This document shows positions 9,957 through 19,353 of a stretch of DNA of 64,000 bases, piece by piece. The stretch comes from Candidatus Cloacimonadales bacterium. Lineage in GTDB: Bacteria > Cloacimonadota > Cloacimonadia > Cloacimonadales > JAFGVF01. Made by a program: the position numbers and the translations under genes. Position 1 is the first letter of the stretch. Every line of letters begins with the position of its first letter. Under the pieces are notes generated by a model. The model worked only from the letters and a program-made list of their open reading frames with translations. It searched no databases and was not told the DNA's origin. The stretch is from assembly GCA_963662585.1 (NCBI GenBank), contig OY759729.1, positions 1,824,001 to 1,888,000 of the forward strand. Direction: 5' to 3'.

Positions 9957-10946
9957 TTATATCTTCTTAAGAGTATTAATCTCTGATATAATTTTAGCAG
10001 GGTCAATTGGTTTATTAGCCACTCTAATCTCAAAATGTAGATGTGGACCAGTTGATCGTCCAGTTGAGCCTAAGCGGGCAATTATATCACCCTTATTTAC
10101 TTTATCACTCTTTTTTACTAAATTAATCTCGTTGTGGGCATAAACTGTTACAACATCTTTACCATGCTCAATAACTATGACATTTCCATAGTCCCTTAAA
10201 AAGCCAGTATAGCTGACTGTTCCAGAATAAGCTGCCTTTATTTCAGTACCTGGGGGAGCAGTTATATCAACCCCTTTGTGGAGACTTCCTCTTCTCATCC
10301 CAAAAGGAGATGAAATTCTACCACTCACAGGTAACAAATAGCTATTTTTCCACTCTTGAGGGAAGCTACTCGCCTTTCCTTCATTAGGTGAAGAGAAAAG
10401 AGTTGAAGATTTAGTGCCTGTTTGGGAAATTTTAGGCTGAGAAATCTTATCCTTCTTTTTAGCTTCTTCAATATTCTTTTTTTGCTTCTTTTTAGCTTCA
10501 AATTTCTTAATATATAATTCTTGATCAATTGATATAAGATCTGTATCAAGATTATTTATCTCTTTTAACTGAGAAACTGTTAATCCAAAATTTCTACTAA
10601 TCCCATATAGTGTATCCCCTGCTTTAACTTTGTAGAGCAGACCATCTTTACTTTTTAAAGAGTTATACTCTTTTTCTACTATTTGATTATCTTTAACATA
10701 AGTTTCTTTTATTGCTAAATCATGGTTAGCTAAAGGAATATAAAGTCTTTCACCTATTATCAAGTCTGCAAAATATTTATCATTATAATACATAAGTGCA
10801 GAGACAGGTACATTATACTCGCTACTTATTTTAGATAATGTATCGCCACTTTTAACTACATAAATAAAACCTTCACTTTTTCCCTTATTAAAGGAACAAG
10901 CAGAAAGTAGTATCATTAATATTAAAAGTAGCAGTTTTATTTTCAT
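9957..10946 (-). CDS. LysM (x2) and M23 peptidase-domain lipoprotein (NlpD-like)
   Basis: Lipobox LSAC, two YxVKxGDTL LysM repeats, HKGVD, YAHN, STGPHLHFE. Confidence 0.9.
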   Translation of the reverse strand: MKIKLLLLILMILLSACSFNKGKSEGFIYVVKSGDTLSKISSEYNVPVSALMYYNDKYFADLIIGERLYIPLANHDLAIKETYVKDNQIVEKEYNSLKSKDGLLYKVKAGDTLYGISRNFGLTVSQLKEINNLDTDLISIDQELYIKKFEAKKKQKKNIEEAKKKDKISQPKISQTGTKSSTLFSSPNEGKASSFPQEWKNSYLLPVSGRISSPFGMRRGSLHKGVDITAPPGTEIKAAYSGTVSYTGFLRDYGNVIVIEHGKDVVTVYAHNEINLVKKSDKVNKGDIIARLGSTGRSTGPHLHFEIRVANKPIDPAKIISEINTLKKI

Positions 10947-11212
10947 TTAATAGCAAATCCTTCATACTCTTTCACTAAAGGTATTTTGAAGGAAGTAACC
11001 TTCTCTACTCGGGAGAAAGTATTTCCTTTTTCTAATTTATCAAGAAATAAGTTTATCCTAAATTCCTCTCCTGTGGCAATTATATAAACTTCTCTTGTGA
11101 ACCTATTCTTCACATAGCCTGAAATGTTATATTGGTGAGCTAGGCCTAAGACAAATCGTCTAAACCCCACACCTTGAACTTTTCCCGTAACTACAATTTC
11201 GCAACTTATCAT
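10943..11212 (-). CDS. acyP: Acylphosphatase
   Basis: VTGKVQGVGFR and GYVKN motifs. Confidence 0.9.
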   Translation of the reverse strand: MISCEIVVTGKVQGVGFRRFVLGLAHQYNISGYVKNRFTREVYIIATGEEFRINLFLDKLEKGNTFSRVEKVTSFKIPLVKEYEGFAIK

Positions 11213-11471
11213 AAGTATTAGAATAAAACAATAATTGAATTGATGTCAAGATAAAAGTTTTATAATTTTACAAAATCTATAAAGTTTTACAAATTTAGAG
11301 TGATTTAAAGCTAGATCTGCTATTCTCGAAAGAGACAGTATGAATTGGGATTTAGCTGAAATAATTTCTGATTTTTGTAGTTTAACTATTAATATCTGCT
11401 TTTTAAGTAAATAATTTGCTTTTTTCTAAATAAACTCTTGCCAAAAAAAAGAATGGTTTATAAAAAAGAGA

Positions 11472-13307
11472 TTGAGACAAAATGATAATAGGATAAAGGA
11501 TTTGAAAATTAATAAAGTACTGTTGATGATATTAAGTTTATTGGGATTAAGCTATCTAATAGGTGAAGAAGCAGTTCTTCACTATCTTTTAGAAGCAGAT
11601 AAATTTACTTATCATTTAATTGAAAAAGAAGATAAGCTAAATATAGATAACCTAAACTCAGATCTTTTAGATTGGTATAGTATAGATTACTTAAACTATA
11701 AAGAGAAGAAAAATACTGAAAAGATTCTCTATAGGTTAGAGTTACCTGATTCATTAGGAGCTCAAAATAGGATTTTTTTTGTAGGTTATTATACAGCTTT
11801 TAGAATTTACTATGATTCTCAAGAAATCTATGCAGATACTACTCGCTCAGAGTTTATTCATCTTTTTACTTTAAATTATCAGCCTAATGAAAAGTATCTC
11901 TACTTCCTCTATGATGAGGTAATTCCTGGTTATCCTGTTCCTTTTTCTTTAGTCTTTTTAAATGAAGATCTCACAGATACGCCATTTGTATATTTAATTA
12001 TAGAATTAATTTTTGTGCAAATGCTCAACTACTCGGTTGCTATATTCTTCTTTTTAATAGCCTTGATTAGTCTATTTCTTCTTCTGAGAAGTGCCAAATC
12101 TATTAAGAAATATGTGTTTGCTGTCTTTATTTACTCCCTAATAATTGGACTTGATCATGGTCTGAATACCCTTCTAATGGCCTATACTGGAGTATCACCA
12201 AAGATATACTATTGGATTGATTCCATGATGTTCCAACTTTTCTTAATTATGATTGTTACGATGGCAGATTATATCTTCTCTGATGGCAAATCTAAGTTTT
12301 TACGCCTGTTAAAATACCTGATTATTTTACTTACAGTCGTTAATTTATTAGTAACTAACTTTATCCAGTTCTTCACCTTTTTTGATAAGCTGAATTTTGC
12401 TTTATATGCTATCACTATTATCTATTTAATTATTTATTTAATCAAGAAATTTAGATTTATAAAAGAAAAACTTAATATATTTGTGGCTATTATCTTTATT
12501 TTAGCCCCCATGCTAATGTTTGTAACTCGTAATCTTAAGTATGTCCCTTATGTCTCATCAATTTATGTTCTTATCTCTGTATCAATTCTCTATATCTTTG
12601 TCTATAATTTCTTTGCTAGATTTAGAAATAATGAAACTATTTTAATCAATACTAAGCTAGATCTACAAGAGAAAGAGAATGAAATTCTCAGATTAGAAAA
12701 AGACCAACTTAAGAGCAGTGTTTCTCATTTGAAAGGACAGCTCAATCCTCACTTCTTATTTAACAGCCTATCAACCTTAACAGGGATTATTACTCTTGAT
12801 CAAGAAAAAGCAGTTAATTATGTTGAAGAATTATCTTCTATGTATCGGTATGTACTGCAAACCGATAGTAAAGAACTTATAGATTTAGGCTCTGAGTTAG
12901 ATTTAATTAATTCTTATAACTATTTAATCAAAATGAAATATGGCAAAAACTATTGCCTAAATATAGATATTGATGATGAGTACTTAGAGTACAAACTCCC
13001 ACCTTTATCGCTTCAAACTATGTTGGAAAATGTCTTTAAGCATAACACCATAGATATTAATCACAAAATGAATATTGACATCTTTATGGAGAAAATGTTT
13101 ATTGTAATTATTAATGATATTCATGAGAAAGCCTCTGCTTTCCAATATAAAGAGAAATTACCAGGTATAGGTCAGCAGAATATTACAGCTATTTACCAAT
13201 ACTATGGTCATGAAAAACCAAGTTATGAGATAGTAGAAAATAAATATATTGTAAAAATACCACTAATAGATAAGGATGTAAAAAATGTTAAATATACTAA
13301 TCATTGA
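11472..13307 (+). CDS. LytS-family membrane sensor histidine kinase (start uncertain, possibly TTG 11502)
   Basis: Multiple TM helices, QLNPHFLFNSL, LPPLSLQTMLENVFKH. Confidence 0.85.
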   Translation: MRQNDNRIKDLKINKVLLMILSLLGLSYLIGEEAVLHYLLEADKFTYHLIEKEDKLNIDNLNSDLLDWYSIDYLNYKEKKNTEKILYRLELPDSLGAQNRIFFVGYYTAFRIYYDSQEIYADTTRSEFIHLFTLNYQPNEKYLYFLYDEVIPGYPVPFSLVFLNEDLTDTPFVYLIIELIFVQMLNYSVAIFFFLIALISLFLLLRSAKSIKKYVFAVFIYSLIIGLDHGLNTLLMAYTGVSPKIYYWIDSMMFQLFLIMIVTMADYIFSDGKSKFLRLLKYLIILLTVVNLLVTNFIQFFTFFDKLNFALYAITIIYLIIYLIKKFRFIKEKLNIFVAIIFILAPMLMFVTRNLKYVPYVSSIYVLISVSILYIFVYNFFARFRNNETILINTKLDLQEKENEILRLEKDQLKSSVSHLKGQLNPHFLFNSLSTLTGIITLDQEKAVNYVEELSSMYRYVLQTDSKELIDLGSELDLINSYNYLIKMKYGKNYCLNIDIDDEYLEYKLPPLSLQTMLENVFKHNTIDINHKMNIDIFMEKMFIVIINDIHEKASAFQYKEKLPGIGQQNITAIYQYYGHEKPSYEIVENKYIVKIPLIDKDVKNVKYTNH

Positions 13308-14076
13308 AGATGAAGAAATTATTGCTCAACGCTTAGTTCAGTTATTAAATCAAATACAAGTTGATTACCATCTTTGTGGCATATTAGGTTCTGTACAGGA
13401 AACTATTGAATGGTTAACCCAAAATGATCAGCCTGATTTAATTTTTGCCGATATTCAATTATCAGATGGTAACAGTTTTTCTATCTTCAAAGCTGTAACC
13501 GTTAAGTCAAAAATTATTTTCACAACCTCTTATGATGAATTTGCCCTTGATGCTTTCAATGTCAATAGCGTAGATTATCTCCTTAAACCTATTACTGCCA
13601 AAAAACTACAAAAATCTTTTGAAAAACTAGAAGAAATGACCTTAGCCTTTGCTCATAATCAAGAAGAAAAGAGTGATGAATCAGAAGAAGAAAAAATTGC
13701 TCATCTGTTAGATTATCTAGATCATAAAGATAAAGGTTTTAGAAATCGCTTCCTAATCAAAATGGGTAACTCCTATAAATCTATTACTGCCGAAGAGATA
13801 GCTTATTTCTTTGTTTCTAACAAAACTACTTATCTCATGACTTTTACAAAAAGAAAGTACTCCTTAGATACTCCCCTAGATGAACTCGATAAAGAACTTG
13901 ATACTAAACTTTTTTTTAGAATTAACCGTCAAATGATTGTTAATATTAATGCTATTCAAGAAATTCATACCTTCTTTAATAGTAGATTACTTCTAAATAT
14001 TGATCCTTCTTTTGAGGAAGATGTATTGGTTACCAGATCTAATATTGCCAAGTTTAAAGATTGGATGAATAGCTAA
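13285..14076 (+). CDS. LytTR-family response regulator
   Basis: IIEDE, DIQLSDG, DYLLKP, FFRINRQ. Confidence 0.92.
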   Translation: MLNILIIEDEEIIAQRLVQLLNQIQVDYHLCGILGSVQETIEWLTQNDQPDLIFADIQLSDGNSFSIFKAVTVKSKIIFTTSYDEFALDAFNVNSVDYLLKPITAKKLQKSFEKLEEMTLAFAHNQEEKSDESEEEKIAHLLDYLDHKDKGFRNRFLIKMGNSYKSITAEEIAYFFVSNKTTYLMTFTKRKYSLDTPLDELDKELDTKLFFRINRQMIVNINAIQEIHTFFNSRLLLNIDPSFEEDVLVTRSNIAKFKDWMNS

Positions 14077-14092
14077 AAAGCAAATTTATAAT

Positions 14093-14158
14093 TTAGAATG
14101 GAGAATGGAGAATGGAGAATTGAGAGACAGAGAGACAGAGAGACAAAGAGACAGAGAG
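14093..14158 (+). repeat. Heptamer (GAGAATG/GAGAATT) tract followed by an octamer (GAGACAGA) tract; head of repeat array A
   Basis: Directly visible tandem units starting 17 nt after the lytTR stop. Confidence 0.85.
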
Positions 14159-14553
14159 AAGAAAAATCTACCAATAATTTCACGAATTAAGAAAATATCC
14201 TGAAGGGATTAAATAGATTAGCCCAGGGTCTCATTTTTTGAAGAAAAATTGACCCTGGGTATGGTACACCAATATTTATTTAACCCTGTCTTGTGAAGGC
14301 GAAGCATTAGCGTAGACTCAAAGGGTTTAATAGAGAAAATAATAATTACTAAAAAATCGGTCAAATTATTTAGGACTGAACATTCACACGAATTAACGCG
14401 AATGTAGGGGCCAATTGCCATACGCCTTCTTGAAAAGTTCCCTAACACAAAGTTTTTAAGAAAAGTTTTGAGAATGTGATAAGATCTCTTCAGCCGGATT
14501 GCATGCACCCTTGCATGCGAAAAACCTTATAAAAATCTAATGTTATCTTATTA

Positions 14554-16206
14554 CTAATCTTTCCGACACCTAAGTTATTGCAAATAAACTACTAATTTGC
14601 ACATCATAGCGACTCATATGTCTTTTTATCAGTTAATTATGCAATTCTGCCATTATACCGAATATCTACCTCTGTGATTTTATCTATAATTTCTTCATTT
14701 TCAAAGAATTTTCTTATCATGATATCAACATCCTTTCTTAACTCAGTTAAATTTGTGTATCCATAAGCTATTGAATAATCGATGAAGTCTTTTACTTTTT
14801 GAGTAAAAATCGTATTAATAAATATGATTAATGATGCATCTTCAAGCTCTTCATAAAATTCAATTAATAACTGTTCCATAGAAGGATATGGTTTTTGCTG
14901 TTTTTTGTAACATAGTATGTTATAAAAAACATACCTAATAGTCAAATCAGCTATCATAGCAGAGTATTTTGAAGAATGGCTCTGATTATATCCAAAATAT
15001 TGTTTAATCTCTTTAAATACACATTCTATTGACCATCTTCTCATATAAATTTTTAAAACTTCTATTTCTGAAAGTTGTAAATCAGTTGCTAAAATAGCCT
15101 TCCATCTTTTAACATTAGGGTACTTAAAAAAGCATATTTTAATCTTTTCTATTACTTTTCTTTCATTTATTTTTCTTGAACTTGAAGTATCTAATAATTC
15201 AACAATAACAGATTTATATTTTATTCCGGATTTCCTATCATAAAACCATTTACCAGCTATTTTGTTTAGGGTTTTCAAATCATAATATTGACCTTTAAAC
15301 TTATATTTCTGGGAACCATTTTTTAACATAGACACTAGTGTTATTCCAAGTGGTACAAGTCTTTTAAATACAAAGTTATAACTTGTGTTGTTATTGAACC
15401 AAGAATCCCATAATACATATTTAAAAGGTATTTTTCTCTGAATAGTGCGTTTTATCATTTTAATTACAATTTGAGTCTTCTTTTCTTTTGAGAAACGATT
15501 TCTTTGCTCAGTATGAGTGCCTTTGTGGTATCTGGGTCTTTTTGACTTTTTGACTTTTTTCTTTCCAATTTTTAATTCAAAATCTAATACAATAGCTGAT
15601 AACCCATTACTCCACACTTCAGTTATGTTTTGAAACCCTTTGAAGTATTTTGATAAACAGTGATCATGAAACCAACTGATATATTCTGTCTTTTTCCCTG
15701 TTTTTACTTTCGATGTATCATCAAAAATTATACAATTATCATTTTCACAGGAAGTATCACTTAGCTTAATAAACCTTAAAGCAACTTTATATAATAGATT
15801 TCTCCATTTATAATTAGAGTTGTTTAGCATATCATTAATGGGTGTTTTAAATTTTGATATATTATTGAATTTTAGACCAAAATATAAGGATTTTTTATTC
15901 TCAAGAATCATGAACATAAAAAGAAGCATCAATTCAATGATGGTATGACCTTTTTGTTTTACTATACCAACTTGCTTCAAAATACTTCCAAATTTAAATA
16001 TTTCAAATAACTCTATTATTAATCCTGAATTCAAGCTTGACACTTTTACCTGTTTGTATTTTTTTAGCATATATACCTCGTTTTTTATAGTTTCGTTTAT
16101 TTCCGTAAACAACTAAACTATAATCATATACGAGGTATTTTTGTCAATATCTATTTTTATCTATTTTATTGTTACACAACAACTTAATTCATGTCGGAAA
16201 GATTAG
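14554..16206 (-). mobile_element. Insertion sequence, 1653 bp, IS4/IS701-like DDE type
   Basis: Perfect 15-bp terminal IR CTAATCTTTCCGACA (14554-14568 and 16192-16206). 6-bp target duplication TTATTA (14548-14553, 16207-16212), confirmed against uninterrupted repeat copies. Confidence 0.92.
14637..16070 (-). CDS. DDE transposase (IS4/IS701-like)
   Basis: IIFDDT, YVLWDSWF and YMRRWSIECVFKE motifs. ATG 16070 has a GAGGT SD; the ORF track extends to 16112. Confidence 0.9.
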   Translation of the reverse strand: MLKKYKQVKVSSLNSGLIIELFEIFKFGSILKQVGIVKQKGHTIIELMLLFMFMILENKKSLYFGLKFNNISKFKTPINDMLNNSNYKWRNLLYKVALRFIKLSDTSCENDNCIIFDDTSKVKTGKKTEYISWFHDHCLSKYFKGFQNITEVWSNGLSAIVLDFELKIGKKKVKKSKRPRYHKGTHTEQRNRFSKEKKTQIVIKMIKRTIQRKIPFKYVLWDSWFNNNTSYNFVFKRLVPLGITLVSMLKNGSQKYKFKGQYYDLKTLNKIAGKWFYDRKSGIKYKSVIVELLDTSSSRKINERKVIEKIKICFFKYPNVKRWKAILATDLQLSEIEVLKIYMRRWSIECVFKEIKQYFGYNQSHSSKYSAMIADLTIRYVFYNILCYKKQQKPYPSMEQLLIEFYEELEDASLIIFINTIFTQKVKDFIDYSIAYGYTNLTELRKDVDIMIRKFFENEEIIDKITEVDIRYNGRIA

Positions 16207-17337
16207 TTATTATTGTCTTATGTGGAAGCAGAGACGCTTCCACTCCATAGAAGAAAACACCCCCTGTGTCCCCCTCACGGAGGGGGATTTAAGATTCACG
16301 GACTAAAGGTCCGTAACCGTAACCCCAGTTCTTCAATCCCAAAGGGATTAAATAGATTAGCCCAGGGTCTCATTTTTTGAAGAAAAATTGACCCTGGGTA
16401 TGGTACACCAATATTTGTGTAACCCTGTCTTGTGAAGGCGAAGCATTAGCGTAGACTCAAAGGGTTTAATAGAGAAAATAATAATTACTAAAAAATCGGT
16501 CAAATTATTTAGGACTGAACATTCACACGAATTAACGCGAATGTAGGGGCCTATTGCCATACGCCTTCTTGAAAAGTTCCCTAACACAAAGTTTTTAAGA
16601 AAAGTTTTGAGAATGTGATAAGATCTCTTCTGCCGGATTGCATGCACCCTTGCATGCGAAAAACCTTATAAAAATCTAATGTTATCTTATTATTGTCTTA
16701 TGTGGAAGCAGAGACGCTTCCACTCCATAGAAGAAAACACCCCCTGTGTCCCCCTCACGGAGGGGGATTTAAGATTCACGGACTAAAGGTCCGTAACCCC
16801 AGTTAATCACTAAAGATGATAGTTTACAGCATGATAATCCCTCTTCTGCCGGATTGCATGCACCCTTGCATGCGAAAAACCTTATAAAAATCTAATGTTA
16901 TCTTATTATTGTCTTATGTGGAAGCAGAGAGGCTTCCACTCCATAGAAGAAAACACCCCCTGTGTCCCCCTCACGGAGGGGGATTTGAGATTCACGGACT
17001 AAAGGTCCGTAACCCCAGTTCTTCAATCCCAAAGGGATTAAATAGATTAGCCCTGGGTCTCATTTTTTGAAGAAAAATTGACCCTGGGTATGGTACACCA
17101 ATATTCGTGTAACCCTGTAAGGTTTTATCACACTCTTGAAATTCTCTCCATTTCCCTTGCTCTGTGACTGTCATCTCAAATATTATTTGAATTTTATTCG
17201 TAATATCATTAATGGAGCATTAAGAGACTAAGAGAAAAGGAAAGAAAAAGCAGAATTGTAGAAAAGGATAAAAGCTATAATATCAACAATTTACGAATCT
17301 AAAATCTAAAGTAAAAGATAATAATATAAAAAAGATA

Positions 17338-17364
17338 TTGACAGTTTGACGAATTTGTCAAACT
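17338..17364 (+). promoter_or_regulatory. -35 TTGACA with an overlapping inverted repeat; candidate ArsR operator
   Basis: TTGACA 17338-17343; AGTTTGAC-gaattt-GTCAAACT 17343-17364 directly upstream of the arsR SD. Confidence 0.65.
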
Positions 17365-17387
17365 TGAAATTATCAGGAGATAAAACT

Positions 17388-17711
17388 ATGGAATATTCAA
17401 AAGAAAAATATGAAATGCTAGCAGATATATTAAAAGCTACAGCACACCCTGTCAGACTTTATATATTAGAGACTTTGTTAGATCGTAAGCTCTGCGTAAA
17501 GGAATTTGCCGATGAATTAGGTTTTGATATTTCAACCATATCAAAACATTTAACTATGATGAAGAAGAGTGGTTTAATTTATGATTATCGAGAAGGTAAT
17601 TGTGTTTATTACATGATTAGATGTGATTGTGTTAGCAGATTTTTAAAGGCTTCTAAGGATATTTTATATTCAAATATGGAGCGAGAAAAACAGCTTTTTA
17701 AAGGAAATTAG
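17388..17711 (+). CDS. arsR: ArsR/SmtB-family transcriptional regulator
   Basis: KATAHPVRLYIL, LCV, STISKHL, REG.CVYY; AGGAG SD before ATG 17388. Confidence 0.85.
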   Translation: MEYSKEKYEMLADILKATAHPVRLYILETLLDRKLCVKEFADELGFDISTISKHLTMMKKSGLIYDYREGNCVYYMIRCDCVSRFLKASKDILYSNMEREKQLFKGN

Positions 17712-17714
17712 ATT

Positions 17715-18671
17715 ATGTTTCATTTTTTAGAAGTTTTTGGAGAATTCATAACGAGATCAGTTGGCTTGGATTTAGATTCACATTGGGGTGAAGCTTTAAC
17801 TTTCTTTATCTATGATACTTTAAAGATTATTATTATGCTAAGTATAATGATTTTCTTAATATCATATTTAAGATCTTACATTAATCCGACTAAATTAAAG
17901 AAGGTAATATCTAAGGTTAGTGGGCTTGGTGGTCATATTTTAGCATCAATATTTGGTATAGTGACTCCATTCTGTTCTTGTTCATCAGTGCCAATGTTCA
18001 TAGCTTTTGTCGAGGCTGGTATTCCTGTAGGAGTAACACTCTCATTTTTGATAACTTCACCAATAGTTAATGAAGCAGCATTTGCTATTTTATTAGCATC
18101 CTTTGGCTGGAAAATTGCTGTTATATATGTTATCTGTGGTCTTGTAGTGGGAATTGTTGGTGGAATAGTAATTGGATTATTTAAACCAAGAAAATGGGTT
18201 GAACCCTATGTTTTTGAAATGAAGTTTGGTAACTCAGCAGAAGAGCAATTCTCAAGTCAAAATGATAGATTGAAGTGGTCAATTGATCAGGTGAAAGATA
18301 TTGTCGGAAGAGTTTGGTACTTCGTTTTAATAGGAATAGGAATTGGAGCCGTTATTCATGGTTGGGTGCCTGACGGAGCTTTAGCAAATATTGCTGGTTC
18401 AGATAATCCTTTTAGCGTAATAGTAGCTGTAATTGTAGGTATTCCTTTGTATTCTAATGCTTTAGGGACAATACCAATTGCTGAAGCATTAATTAATAAA
18501 GGTGTGGGAATCGGTACTGCCTTAGCATTCATGATGTCTGTTACTGCCTTATCTCTTCCTGAGTGTATAATCCTTAAGAAGGTAATAAAACCGAAATTAA
18601 TAGCTATATTTATAGCAACTACAGGGATTGGAATTATCCTGGTGGGATATGTTTTTAATCTGTTATTTTAA
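17715..18671 (+). CDS. ArsP/DUF318-family permease
   Basis: TPFCSCSSVP, FLITSPIVNE, GIPLYSNA, ALSLPE. Confidence 0.85.
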   Translation: MFHFLEVFGEFITRSVGLDLDSHWGEALTFFIYDTLKIIIMLSIMIFLISYLRSYINPTKLKKVISKVSGLGGHILASIFGIVTPFCSCSSVPMFIAFVEAGIPVGVTLSFLITSPIVNEAAFAILLASFGWKIAVIYVICGLVVGIVGGIVIGLFKPRKWVEPYVFEMKFGNSAEEQFSSQNDRLKWSIDQVKDIVGRVWYFVLIGIGIGAVIHGWVPDGALANIAGSDNPFSVIVAVIVGIPLYSNALGTIPIAEALINKGVGIGTALAFMMSVTALSLPECIILKKVIKPKLIAIFIATTGIGIILVGYVFNLLF

Positions 18672-18698
18672 ACAAAATCAATAAAAAGGAGAAGAGAG

Positions 18699-18932
18699 AT
18701 GATTATTAAAGTATTAGGTACAGGTTGTAGCAAGTGTAAAAAACTCGAGCAAGAAACTATTAAAGCTGTGAAAGAAACAGGAATCGAAGCAACTATTGAA
18801 AAAGTAACAGAACTAAAAGATATTATGGAATATGGGGTAATGATGACACCTGCCTTAGTAATTGATGAAAAAGTAGTCTCTTCGGGTAGGCTAATATATT
18901 CCAAAGAAATCATAAAATTAATAAAAGGTTAA
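18699..18932 (+). CDS. Small thioredoxin-like redox-active disulfide protein
   Basis: IKVLGTGCSKC and YGVMMTPALVID; family commonly found beside ArsP. Confidence 0.85.
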   Translation: MIIKVLGTGCSKCKKLEQETIKAVKETGIEATIEKVTELKDIMEYGVMMTPALVIDEKVVSSGRLIYSKEIIKLIKG

Positions 18933-18934
18933 TT

Positions 18935-19330
18935 ATGAAAAGAGTCTTATTTCTTTGTACAGGTAATTCCTGCCGTAGTCAAATCGCAGAGGGATTAATG
19001 AATCAGTATGAAGGATATGAAGCTTTTTCAGCTGGGACAAAACCGACAGAAAGAGTGAATCCTAATGCTATAGAAGTTATGAAAGAGTTAGGTATAGATA
19101 TTTCAAAACATAGACCAAAATTAGTAGATGAATTTTTGCAAGCTGAATTTGATTTTGTAATTACTGTTTGTGATTCAGCCAAAGAGACTTGTCCTATTTT
19201 TACAGGAAAAGTAAAGAATCATCTTCATATTGGCTTTGAAGATCCTGATGGCCACTCTTTAGAAAAGTTTAGAGAAGTTAGGGATTTGATTTCTGATGCA
19301 GTAAGAGAGTTAATTAAATTGACTAAATAA
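18935..19330 (+). CDS. arsC: Thioredoxin-coupled arsenate reductase (LMWP family)
   Basis: FLCTGNSCRSQ P-loop, VCDSAKETCP resolving Cys pair, FEDP. Confidence 0.85.
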   Translation: MKRVLFLCTGNSCRSQIAEGLMNQYEGYEAFSAGTKPTERVNPNAIEVMKELGIDISKHRPKLVDEFLQAEFDFVITVCDSAKETCPIFTGKVKNHLHIGFEDPDGHSLEKFREVRDLISDAVRELIKLTK

Positions 19331-19353
19331 TCCCTATAAATATTCTAACTTCT

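Larger units (their letters stand above)
14159..17117 (+). repeat. Modular palindromic repeat array A: ~475-bp units (starts 14205, 16344, truncated 17034) plus a partial unit; first unit interrupted by an IS
   Basis: Near-identical blocks 14205-14553+16213-16343 versus 16344-16803. 16841-17033 repeats the second half of the unit. Many GC-rich hairpins. Confidence 0.9.

Noticed and set aside
14218..14508. 96-105 aa ORF repeated three times (14218-14508, 16357-16647, 25227-25544)
   Set aside because: It lies wholly inside near-identical repeat units, so ORF conservation is uninformative. Start and end differ in the third copy, and there is no SD or recognisable domain.
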